A stretch of 64,000 nt of DNA from an uncultured Collinsella sp. (GTDB taxonomy: Bacteria > Actinomycetota > Coriobacteriia > Coriobacteriales > Coriobacteriaceae): assembly GCA_900542275.1 (NCBI GenBank), contig UQMW01000002.1, positions 20,210 through 84,209 on the forward strand. Reading direction: 5' to 3'. The notes beneath the pieces are model-generated. The model saw only the letters and a program-made list of their open reading frames with translations. It ran no database searches and had not been told where the DNA came from. A program made the translations under genes and the position numbers. Shown here piece by piece: positions 47,637 to 55,955 of this stretch (its first letter is position 1; each line of letters begins with the position of its first letter).

Positions 47637-50129
47637 ATGACGGTGTCGCAACAGCCAAGTGCTATCGAGGTGCGCGGTGCGCGCGTCCATAACCTCAAGG
47701 ACATCGATATCGATATTCCGCTGGGAAGGCTCGTGGGTATTGCCGGCGTGTCGGGTTCGGGCAAGAGCTCGCTGGCGCTGGGGGTGCTCTATGCCGAGGG
47801 CTCGCGCCGTTACCTGGAGGCGCTCAGCACCTATACCCGCCGTCGTCTGACGCAGGCCGAGCACGCCCAGGTGGACGAGGTGCTGCACGTGCCGGCGGCG
47901 CTCGCATTGCATCAGCGCCCCAGCGTGCCGGGCGTGCGTTCCACTTTTGGCACCATGACCGAGCTCAACAATAGCCTGCGTCTGCTCTTTAGCCGCTGCG
48001 CCCATCACGTGTGTCCGCATTGCGGGACGCGTGTGGAGCCGAGCCTTAACGTGGCCGCGGGCCTGTCGCTCACGTGCCCCGCATGCGGCCACGAGTTCTA
48101 TGCGCCGGGTGCCGAGGACCTTGCTTTTAACAGCGGCGGCGCGTGTCCTACCTGTGGAGGCACCGGCGTCATGCGCGAGGTGGACGAGGCGAGTCTGGTA
48201 CCCGATGAGTCAAAGACCATCAACGAGGGTGCGGTGCTTCCCTGGGGCACGCTCATGTGGGATCTGATGAAGCAGGTGGCCGGCGAGATGGGCGTGCGCA
48301 CCGACGTGCCGTTTAACCAGCTCACGCCCGCCGAGCGCGATATTGTGTTCCATGGCCCGGCGGTCAAGAAGCACATTCTCTACGTTCCCAAGAATGGCGA
48401 GGGCGCCACGCCGCTCGACTTTACCTATTACAACGCCGTCTATACCGTCGAGAATGCGCTCGCCAAGGTTAAGGACGACAAGGGACTTAAGCGCGTGGCA
48501 CGCTTTTTGTGCGAGGGGCCGTGCCGCGATTGCGGCGGCACGCGTCTTTCTGAGGCCGCGCGCCAGCCTCAGGTGCGCGGTATCAATCTGGCGCAGGCGG
48601 CCGCCATGACACTGGGCGAGGCGATTGAGTGGGTGCGCGGGGTGCCCGCATCCTTGCCGATCGAGATGCGGCCCATGGCGACGGACATCTGCGATTCGTT
48701 TTTGAGTACGGCCCGCCGTCTGGTTGACCTGGGTCTCGATTACCTTTCGCTCGACCGCGCCGGTGCCACGCTGTCTACGGGTGAGCGCCAGCGCGTGCAG
48801 CTCGCTCGCGTGGTACGCAACCGATCGACGGGCGTGCTGTATGTGCTGGACGAGCCTTCGATCGGCTTGCATCCTGCCAATGTCGATGGCCTGGTGGGCG
48901 TGATGCGCGACCTGGTGGACGACGGCAACACCGTGGTTGTTGTCGACCACGACACGCGCGTGCTGGCAGAAGCCGACTATCTGGTCGAGATGGGCCCCGT
49001 TGCCGGAGCGGGCGGCGGTCATGTAATCGCCGCCGGTTCGGTGGACGAGGTCGAACAATCGCAGGGCAGCCGTATCGCCCCGTTTTTGCGCACAGAGTCC
49101 AAGCGCATGCGTCCGCAGGTGACTGACGAGGAAATGTTCGACCAGGGTCACATCCGCATGGCAACCGATGCCATCCATACCGTCAAGCCGCTCGAAGTCG
49201 ATATTCCGCGCGGCCGCCTTGTCGCGGTGACGGGTGTTTCGGGTTCGGGCAAGACGACACTGGTGCTCGAGACGCTCATCCCGGCGCTCAAGGCGCAAGC
49301 GGCCGGCGAGCGCCTGCCGAGGCACGTGCGCTGGGTCGATGCCGAGGGCATCGCGCGCGCCAACCTGATTGACGCCACGCCCATTGGCGCCAACGTGCGC
49401 TCGACGGTAGCGACCTATGCCGACATCCATGATGAGCTGCGCCGTGCCTTCGCCCGTACGCCCGAGGCCAAGGCGGCGGGGTATAAGGCGGGTGCCTTTA
49501 GCTACAACACCGGTGCCTTGCGATGCCCCACGTGCGATGGCACGGGCTCGATATCGCTTGACGTGCAGTTTTTGCCCGATGTCGAGATTGTCTGTCCTGC
49601 ATGTCGTGGCTCGCGTTATGCGGATGCCGCCTCGCATATCCATCGCGAGGGCAAGGACGGCAGCCTGCTCACGTTGCCGCAGCTCATGGATATGAGCGTG
49701 GACGAGGCCCTCGACGCCACGGTGGGGCTCAAGAAAGTTCAGGCGCGCCTGCAGACCTTGCACGACCTGGGATTGGGTTATCTCACGCTCGGTGAGCCCA
49801 CGCCGGCGCTCTCGGGCGGCGAGGCGCAGAGACTTAAACTTGCGAGCGAGATGGGCCGCGTGCAGGACGATGCCGTATTCGTGTTCGACGAACCCACGAT
49901 CGGCCTGCATCCGCTCGATGTTCAGGTACTGCTGAGTGTGTTTGATGGCCTCGTCGCCAAGGGCGCCACGGTTATCGTGATCGAGCATGACCTCGACCTC
50001 ATCCATAACGCCGATTACGTGATCGACATGGGTCCGGGCGGTGGCGACGCCGGCGGGCAGGTCGTCTGCGCCGGTACGCCGGGCGACATCGCGGCCTGCT
50101 CCAAGAGCATTACCGGTCGCTACCTCTAA
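47637..50129 (+). CDS. UvrA-like excinuclease ABC subunit A paralogue
   Basis: Two ABC modules (GVSGSGKSSLA / LSTGERQRVQLA; GVSGSGKTTLV / LSGGEAQRLKLA) and Zn modules CPHCG...CPACG, CPTCGGTG, CRDCGGTR, CPTCDGTG...CPACRGSR. About 830 aa, shorter than canonical UvrA. Start trimmed to MTVSQQ (RBS AGGAAAGGGAG) because the track ORF begins inside the palindrome. Confidence 0.85.
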   Translation: MTVSQQPSAIEVRGARVHNLKDIDIDIPLGRLVGIAGVSGSGKSSLALGVLYAEGSRRYLEALSTYTRRRLTQAEHAQVDEVLHVPAALALHQRPSVPGVRSTFGTMTELNNSLRLLFSRCAHHVCPHCGTRVEPSLNVAAGLSLTCPACGHEFYAPGAEDLAFNSGGACPTCGGTGVMREVDEASLVPDESKTINEGAVLPWGTLMWDLMKQVAGEMGVRTDVPFNQLTPAERDIVFHGPAVKKHILYVPKNGEGATPLDFTYYNAVYTVENALAKVKDDKGLKRVARFLCEGPCRDCGGTRLSEAARQPQVRGINLAQAAAMTLGEAIEWVRGVPASLPIEMRPMATDICDSFLSTARRLVDLGLDYLSLDRAGATLSTGERQRVQLARVVRNRSTGVLYVLDEPSIGLHPANVDGLVGVMRDLVDDGNTVVVVDHDTRVLAEADYLVEMGPVAGAGGGHVIAAGSVDEVEQSQGSRIAPFLRTESKRMRPQVTDEEMFDQGHIRMATDAIHTVKPLEVDIPRGRLVAVTGVSGSGKTTLVLETLIPALKAQAAGERLPRHVRWVDAEGIARANLIDATPIGANVRSTVATYADIHDELRRAFARTPEAKAAGYKAGAFSYNTGALRCPTCDGTGSISLDVQFLPDVEIVCPACRGSRYADAASHIHREGKDGSLLTLPQLMDMSVDEALDATVGLKKVQARLQTLHDLGLGYLTLGEPTPALSGGEAQRLKLASEMGRVQDDAVFVFDEPTIGLHPLDVQVLLSVFDGLVAKGATVIVIEHDLDLIHNADYVIDMGPGGGDAGGQVVCAGTPGDIAACSKSITGRYL

Positions 50130-50133
50130 CCGA

Positions 50134-50164
50134 ATGTGACAAAGGGACTGTTCCTTTGTCACAT
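50134..50164. repeat. GTGACAAAGGGAC palindrome family copy
   Basis: ATGTGACAAAGGGAC-T-GTTCCTTTGTCACAT. The arm mismatch is the mirror image of the 47584 copy. Confidence 0.9.
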
Positions 50165-50171
50165 CCGATGC

Positions 50172-51272
50172 CTATTTCACGCATTGAGCGGCGAGATAGT
50201 CGCGGAAGAACGGTAATTCAAAAGCGACGATTCCGCGCCCGCGTTCTCCAATGATGCCGGCGTCTATCATGCGGCGTCGGTAGCGGGAGACTTGTTGCGG
50301 CGAACGCTTAAGGCGCTCGACAAGGTCAGCGGTGGTGGACTCTTCCTCGTCATCGAGCATGGCGATGAGGAATCGCTTGTCCTCTGCAGTGAGTTCCCGG
50401 TAAGTCGCTGCGAGGATCCGGTCGTCCATTTCATCGCGTGCGATTTTGATTCCCTGGTCAAAGTCGCGAGATGATATTTCCCTCGAGTTGCTCGTGAGAT
50501 CCCAGGCGCGGTAACCCACAAGCTGCAAAAGGAAAGGAAAGCCCGAAATCGAGCGAACGGCCTTATCGATTCCCTCGGCATCCGCCAGACGGTCGTTTTC
50601 CTGGATCGTTCGGATCAAGGCCTCGCGTACATCGTAGTCGGCGATGCGCCCCAGATGATATTGCTGGGCGCGACGAAGGAACGAGACCGTCTTGTGGTTT
50701 AGCAACGTCGAGACGTTGTTGGGAAGTCCCGCCATGAGTAGGGCGACGCGTTTCCCATCGGTCACAAAGTGCTGATACGTGGCTGCGAGCTGGATCATCT
50801 CGTCGAGCGTCGGGTCGACCTCATCAACCGTGACGAGCAGACCGGTACCCGTTTCGTTGAGCTGGTCGATGATGTCGCTCATGCGATAACGCCAAGTCAA
50901 GGCATCGTGAACGCGATTGACCTCGATACTGCCGAGCGGCGCGATTCCGAGACCGGTGACTTCGAAGTTGTTAGACGGGTCGATGAGATGGCCTGCAGCA
51001 CGTTTTGCCCCGAGCTCGATTTCCTCAAGCATTCCCGAGAGCGCGGTCGTCTTTACCGCTATCCAGCCGTGGGATTCCGCCCTTGTCGCGAGCGACGACA
51101 TGAGAGCGGTTTTACCGGTTCCACGCGCGCCTGAGAAGATCGAGGTCAATTCCGGGCGTCTACGCTGACTCAAGAAGGCACGGTCCAAATCCCGAATAAT
51201 CTGTTGTCTGCCGGCGAGATGGGCAGGAACCTCGCCAAAACTGGGAGTAAACGGGTTCTCGAGATATTCCAC
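50172..51272 (-). CDS. AAA-type ATP-binding protein with C-terminal winged-helix (paralogue of 46466..47584)
   Basis: Walker A GARGTGKT, Walker B LLVTVDEVD, FLRRAQQ, QLVGYRAW. GTG start behind AAGGAGGG. Confidence 0.7.
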   Translation of the reverse strand: MEYLENPFTPSFGEVPAHLAGRQQIIRDLDRAFLSQRRRPELTSIFSGARGTGKTALMSSLATRAESHGWIAVKTTALSGMLEEIELGAKRAAGHLIDPSNNFEVTGLGIAPLGSIEVNRVHDALTWRYRMSDIIDQLNETGTGLLVTVDEVDPTLDEMIQLAATYQHFVTDGKRVALLMAGLPNNVSTLLNHKTVSFLRRAQQYHLGRIADYDVREALIRTIQENDRLADAEGIDKAVRSISGFPFLLQLVGYRAWDLTSNSREISSRDFDQGIKIARDEMDDRILAATYRELTAEDKRFLIAMLDDEEESTTADLVERLKRSPQQVSRYRRRMIDAGIIGERGRGIVAFELPFFRDYLAAQCVK

Positions 51273-51310
51273 AATGCCCTCCTTTAGCGTCTCAGGTTAA
51301 TTTCATTTTA

Positions 51311-51348
51311 TTCTAGTTAATCTCAATTAAAAACGATTAATTTCATTT
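51311..51348 (+). repeat. left copy of 38-bp direct repeat bounding the recombinase segment
   Basis: TTCTAGTTAA-TCTCAATTAAAAA-CGATTAATTTCATTT. An extra GGTTAATTTCATTT lies at 51295..51308. Confidence 0.8.
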
Positions 51349-51509
51349 CAAAGTATAAGGTTGGCGTCGTGCGTTATCGAAGCGGTGCTTGAATAGCTTA
51401 CGTTGGAGCCCGAAAATGGGTTCAACCCATTCGCGAAATATGCACGCCCTATTGTGAGTGGGCTCTCAGATGAGCTGAGGCTGCCATCGTGCGGCTGATA
51501 GGGGCAATC

Positions 51510-52112
51510 ATGAAAAACAGAATCTATGGGTATGCTCGAGTTTCGTCAGCAGATCAGAACCTGGATCGCCAACTGGATGCGCTGGAGCGGTTTCCGGTCC
51601 AAACGAATTTGATCTATGCTGACAAAGCGAGTGGAAAGGACTTCAGGCGTCCTCAGTACCAGCGTCTTCTTCGTCGTCTGCGCGAAGGGGACGTTCTGGT
51701 GATTAAGAGTATCGATCGATTGGGTCGCGACTACCGTGAAGTTCTCGATGAATGGCGTCGCCTAACGACGGACAAACGCGTTGCCATCGTGGTGCTCGAT
51801 ATGCCATTGCTTGATACACGCGAACAACCCAATGGAATTACGGGGACTTTTATTGCCGACCTAGTGCTTCAGGTTTTGAGCTACGTGGCTCAGGTGGAGC
51901 GCGAAAACATAAAGCAGCGCCAGGCGGAGGGTATCGCGTCGGCGCGTCTGCGGGGTGTGAGATTTGGGAGACCGACGCTCGAACGTCCGGATAGCTACCG
52001 CGATGTCATCAAATCATTCGAAGGAGGTGAGGTTACGAGGCAAGAGGCCGCAATGCTTTTGAACGTTAGTGCATCGACGTTTGATCGTTGGAGACGGGCG
52101 GACACGAACTGA
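51510..52112 (+). CDS. small serine recombinase (resolvase/invertase family)
   Basis: IYGYARVSSADQNLDRQ catalytic-serine motif, VIKSIDRLGRD, C-terminal HTH (EAAMLLNVSASTFDRW). Confidence 0.85.
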   Translation: MKNRIYGYARVSSADQNLDRQLDALERFPVQTNLIYADKASGKDFRRPQYQRLLRRLREGDVLVIKSIDRLGRDYREVLDEWRRLTTDKRVAIVVLDMPLLDTREQPNGITGTFIADLVLQVLSYVAQVERENIKQRQAEGIASARLRGVRFGRPTLERPDSYRDVIKSFEGGEVTRQEAAMLLNVSASTFDRWRRADTN

Positions 52113-52306
52113 TATGACCGTTTGCCGTCTGTCCGTCCTCTTTAACTAGACATTTTGAAGAGGGGAGTTTATCGCACAGAGCCCACTCCTTCCCTCGATG
52201 TTTATCCAGTTCACGCCCTGGAACCAAATAGTGTCACCGCGTTGCCAATTCGTCTGCTTTTTGACGAGGGGTTATGAGCTGTAACGTCAATCGAAGGGAA
52301 ATAGTC

Positions 52307-53122
52307 ATGAAACGAAATAATACTAAAAAGATGCCCATGATGGGCTTGCTTGTTCTGCTCATCTGTTCTCTGGGGTTCATTTCGGCCTGTTCACAGAATG
52401 ATGCAAACGCTGCAAAGTCGAAATATGTCGACGATAAGGCGATGAATGTTATCGCCGCCGGGTTTGAGAGAAGGTCCGACGTCATTGAATCTAATGCAAA
52501 CGATGATGATCCTCATTCAACCGAGAATATCCAGGAAGCTATTGAGGCCGAAATCAAGAACGACAAGGAACTCAAGAACGCTAGGTTTAAGGATTCCAAG
52601 ATGCAACAGGACGTAATCACGTATCTGAATCTGCTTGATGACCAGCTTAAGGTGACCGAGGACTACTCGCAATCGTCTGCGGATTATTACGAAGAGTGGA
52701 ATAAAGTCTACGATAAGCGGTCTGCGCAACTCAAGAAGCTTGTTGATAATTACGGGCTGGAAGTAGGGGAAAAATATAAGGATGATTTCAACGACTTAAT
52801 TAAGAATGGAAAGTCCGTAGCAGAGAAGACCCGCTATGAGGATGCCATCAACAGTTTGATTCAGGGAGCAAATTTCGAAAAATCGGATGACGGTTACGGT
52901 CTGTATACGTATACGGCGGTAGTTGAGAACACCTCTGGTATATCGTTCTCTAACGTCAGCCTGACACTTGCTCTCTATGATGCAGATGACATCAAAGCGG
53001 AGGAGACCTATGCGGACACCTCTTCGTGGGCGCCGGGTGAGAAAGTCAAGTTCGAGGCAATGTCCGATGTTGACGCTGCGCGCGTTGTCGCATCTGTTTC
53101 CAGCTACGATGTAAATAAATAA
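52307..53122 (+). CDS. lipoprotein with C-terminal FxLYD-like domain
   Basis: Lipobox LGFISAC; C-terminal VSLTLALYDADD...SWAPGEKVKFEA resembles the FxLYD domain. AT-rich codon usage. Confidence 0.55.
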   Translation: MKRNNTKKMPMMGLLVLLICSLGFISACSQNDANAAKSKYVDDKAMNVIAAGFERRSDVIESNANDDDPHSTENIQEAIEAEIKNDKELKNARFKDSKMQQDVITYLNLLDDQLKVTEDYSQSSADYYEEWNKVYDKRSAQLKKLVDNYGLEVGEKYKDDFNDLIKNGKSVAEKTRYEDAINSLIQGANFEKSDDGYGLYTYTAVVENTSGISFSNVSLTLALYDADDIKAEETYADTSSWAPGEKVKFEAMSDVDAARVVASVSSYDVNK

Positions 53123-53335
53123 GTTCTGCACGGAAGGGGCGGGTTAATCGGCAATGAATGGTTGACCTGCCCGTTTTATGCCAATTATTGAACAACAAGT
53201 GCTGCGAACGAATGTGTGTATTTCGGATTGCAAACAACTGCCCTCGTCTAAAGACATGCTGAAAACGACAATTTAGGCATGAGGTATAACCCACGGCAGT
53301 TTCTTAAATAGCAGGGATTTTGAAAGAAATAGGGG

Positions 53336-54007
53336 ATGGATGAGTTGGAGGAAGGCATGGGGGCGCTGAAAGCGAAGCTCGGGAGAATCCTGACAAAGCC
53401 CAAGGTATTCTTCGCGGGCCTGGCGCTTGGTGGAGTGATTGTGGCTGTACTTTTTATTAGCATTTTTAATAACGGCAAAGCTGCGGGTGCAAAAGAGACG
53501 ACCCCCAATACGCTCTCCCCGTCGGTCGTGTTTGAACGTATTGCTTCCCAGAATGAGATGGTTTCTGCATCGCAGAACTACGCGATTGTCGATAAGGTGA
53601 CAGATACCAAGAGGTTCTTCGATTGGTTTGATATCCCGTTTACAGAAAACAGTTTTTGGTATCGCTATGTTGGAACCATTAAGGCGGGCGTGAATCTCGA
53701 GACGGCAGAGATACATACCAACAAGAAGAAGCTGACCATTACGATGGATGAGCCTTATGTAATCTCGAACACGCCGGATATGAAGAAATCGGGCGCTCTC
53801 GAGGAGCGCAACAACATCCTCAATCCCATTGAGGTCAAAGACGTCACGGCGTTTGAAGCGCAGTGCAAGGAGCGGAGTGAAAGCGAGGCCATCAAGGATG
53901 GCGACCTGCTCGAAGAGGCACGGGTGAACGCCGAAGCAAATATCCGCGCGATGTTCAACTCGGCATTTGGCGATGAATATACGGTTGATTTCGACTATCG
54001 GAAATAG
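53336..54007 (+). CDS. membrane-anchored hypothetical protein (DUF4230-like)
   Basis: N-terminal TM anchor, then a region with YRYVGTIKAGVNLE reminiscent of DUF4230. This assignment is from memory only. Confidence 0.45.
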   Translation: MDELEEGMGALKAKLGRILTKPKVFFAGLALGGVIVAVLFISIFNNGKAAGAKETTPNTLSPSVVFERIASQNEMVSASQNYAIVDKVTDTKRFFDWFDIPFTENSFWYRYVGTIKAGVNLETAEIHTNKKKLTITMDEPYVISNTPDMKKSGALEERNNILNPIEVKDVTAFEAQCKERSESEAIKDGDLLEEARVNAEANIRAMFNSAFGDEYTVDFDYRK

Positions 54008-54016
54008 GAGGTCACA

Positions 54017-54685
54017 ATGGAGGATAAAGACGATCTGGCTGTTGTCGAAAGGGAGGAGCCGCCGCGACATAAGCAGAGTTTTGATATCCGTAAGGCCGCT
54101 GCCGGGTTGGTTGATGGCGCCGGAAGCGCGATGGCGGGCGCGGTTGCAACCGTACAGAAAGTTGCCGATGGTGCAATGCGTGCTGCAACTCCGCTGGTCG
54201 ATGACGCCTTGGCAGCTATTGCTGATGCGGCCGATGGTGCGGCAGGTACTGCTGCGGATATCGGTGACGCGGTCAACGATTGGGCATACCAACAGCAGCT
54301 TAATAGATACAGGCCGGTAACCAAGGAGACCTATCAGAGTCCTTCATTCCATTTGCCGAACATGATTCGAATTGTTGACGGAAATGAGCGTCGGGGCATC
54401 GACGCCTGTAGAGATGCTATTGGTTGGCTGGATACTGTTAAGGGCACGCAGATTTTCAATCTGTACCGCGAGGCAATCGGGGATAGCGAATTGTCTTTCT
54501 ATCCTAAACCATCTCTTTACTCCACATATTACATAGATGCTTTTGATCGGTCTCGCTTTGTTGACCTTGACTCTTATTTCGCAACCATGCAACAAGACAA
54601 GATGGCCGAGTTGAGACGGATTGCGTTCATGCTTGGTGCGAAGCGCTGCAAGCTGGAGGTGACGGAGTACGAGGAAACTCGGTGA
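54017..54685 (+). CDS. hypothetical protein, N-terminal part of an ORF interrupted by an in-frame TGA
   Basis: GGAGG RBS and ATG 54017. TGA at 54683..54685 is followed by 393 nt of open frame in the same phase. Confidence 0.55.
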   Translation: MEDKDDLAVVEREEPPRHKQSFDIRKAAAGLVDGAGSAMAGAVATVQKVADGAMRAATPLVDDALAAIADAADGAAGTAADIGDAVNDWAYQQQLNRYRPVTKETYQSPSFHLPNMIRIVDGNERRGIDACRDAIGWLDTVKGTQIFNLYREAIGDSELSFYPKPSLYSTYYIDAFDRSRFVDLDSYFATMQQDKMAELRRIAFMLGAKRCKLEVTEYEETR

Positions 54686-55078
54686 GGCCGCCAGGTTAAG
54701 GGAAATGCCAAGGCGGGAAAGAGGGGCTCGGTTCGAATCGACGGTTCCTTGAGCGATTCAACGAGAAGTGAGAAGAAAATTCTGTTTACACAGGAATTTG
54801 AGGGCGACATGGTTCCACAGCGCCCTGAACTCCATTGGTATGCCCATGACTCTGACATTCTCTTGTTAATCGAAACGAGATGCGGTGGAGAGGATAAAAA
54901 CAAGGCGAAGAGCTATCGGGTTGAATTGAAAAGCGAGACGACCATGACCATGTCCGTATCGCTTGCTATGGCTATCGATGAGGCATGCAGCAAGCTGAAC
55001 ATAAGGGCGAATTCGAGCCTGACAAGCCAAGCTAAGCGAGAACTTCGGCAATCGTTTGTATTTGAAGTTGAATTCTGA
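54686..55078 (+). pseudogene. in-frame continuation of 54017..54685 beyond a TGA codon (possible nonsense-split gene)
   Basis: Same reading phase as 54017. No stop from 54686 to TGA at 55076..55078. The track shows only a TTG-initiated piece, 54749..55078. Confidence 0.4.
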
Positions 55079-55181
55079 TGTGTGGGGACCATTTGCTGCG
55101 GGGTTCCTGTCCTTTACGGGGTGGAAGCGTATAAACCCATACGGTGCAACTCAGTAAAAACTAGTAATATACTGGCAATTT

Positions 55182-55219
55182 TTCTAGTTAAAAGCGTTTA
55201 AAACCGGTTAATTCCATTT
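55182..55219 (+). repeat. right copy of 38-bp direct repeat bounding the recombinase segment
   Basis: TTCTAGTTAA-AAGCGTTTAAAAC-CGGTTAATTCCATTT. Outer arms match the left copy 10/10 and 13/15. Confidence 0.8.
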
Positions 55220-55236
55220 AAATTAGTAGTTGCGAT

Positions 55237-55267
55237 ATGTGACAAAGGGGCTGTCCCTTTGTCACAT
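55237..55267. repeat. GTGACAAAGGGAC palindrome family copy
   Basis: ATGTGACAAAGGGGC-T-GTCCCTTTGTCACAT. Overlaps the last codons and stop of trmL. Confidence 0.9.
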
Positions 55268-55861
55268 TCCCGGAAAGCCTGTCTGGCGCAGGGCTTCGTA
55301 GAGGACGATGGCGGCGCTGTTGGAGAGGTTGAGTGCACTGATGCGGTAGTCGTTCGGGTTGACGAAGTTGCCGCAGATGTCCTGTTGAAGGATGGCCTCG
55401 TGGCTGTCCTCGGTATGCCCCAGCGATTCCTCGTGGGCTTCCCATGTCTCGGCGTTGTCAAGCGAATCGCAATCGCGCAGCATCGGGATGCGCTCGCAGC
55501 GCTCGGACTCCGCGGCAAGCAGTGGCTCGGGGATGCCTGAGCTCTCGCTGCCAAAGACCAGATAGTCGCCGTCGCGGTAGGTGCTTTGCGCATAGGTGCG
55601 GCGTGCCTTTTTGGTCAGCAGATGCAGGCGCTCGTCGGCAGGGGAGAGGCCGTTGCGCGCAAGGAAATCCTCCCAGCCGGCATAGGTCGTCACGTCCAAG
55701 TTTTGCCAGTAGCCCAGGCCGGCGCGACGCACTGTCTTGTCGTCGAGCGAAAACCCCAGCGGCTCCACCAGATGCAGGCGGGTACCGGTAACCACGCAAG
55801 TGCGGCCGATATTGCCCGTATTGGCCGGAATCTCGGGCGCATACAGCACAATGTTGAACAT
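55262..55861 (-). CDS. trmL: tRNA (cytidine/uridine34-2'-O)-methyltransferase TrmL (SPOUT) with internal insertion
   Basis: MFNIVLYAPEIPANTGNIGRTC...LHLVEPLGFSLDDK...GDYLVFGSESSGIP...ALNLSNSAAIVLYEALRQ parallels E. coli TrmL. Start at 55861. Confidence 0.8.
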   Translation of the reverse strand: MFNIVLYAPEIPANTGNIGRTCVVTGTRLHLVEPLGFSLDDKTVRRAGLGYWQNLDVTTYAGWEDFLARNGLSPADERLHLLTKKARRTYAQSTYRDGDYLVFGSESSGIPEPLLAAESERCERIPMLRDCDSLDNAETWEAHEESLGHTEDSHEAILQQDICGNFVNPNDYRISALNLSNSAAIVLYEALRQTGFPGM

Positions 55862-55955
55862 GAATCTCCTTGGCTCAGAACGAAAAACCACCACGAAGGG
55901 CACCTTCGTGGTGGTTTGGCGGTTACGTAGGCGGAAAACGCCCGCTTGGATAAAC

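Noticed and set aside
48210-50162. 650-aa minus-strand ORF
   Set aside because: It is antisense to the UvrA-like gene, which has unmistakable Walker, signature and Zn motifs. Its N-terminus is simply the translated palindrome (MTKEQSLCHI).
54683-54685. In-frame TGA as a selenocysteine codon
   Set aside because: I could not see a convincing SECIS-like hairpin immediately downstream, no sel genes lie in the window, and the context has no redox motif. A nonsense mutation is more parsimonious, although this is not proven.
54730-54739. GGTTCGAATC, a tRNA T-loop-like motif
   Set aside because: The flanking bases cannot form a T-stem (CTCGG versus CGACG), no acceptor or anticodon arms are evident, and the motif lies within an open reading frame.
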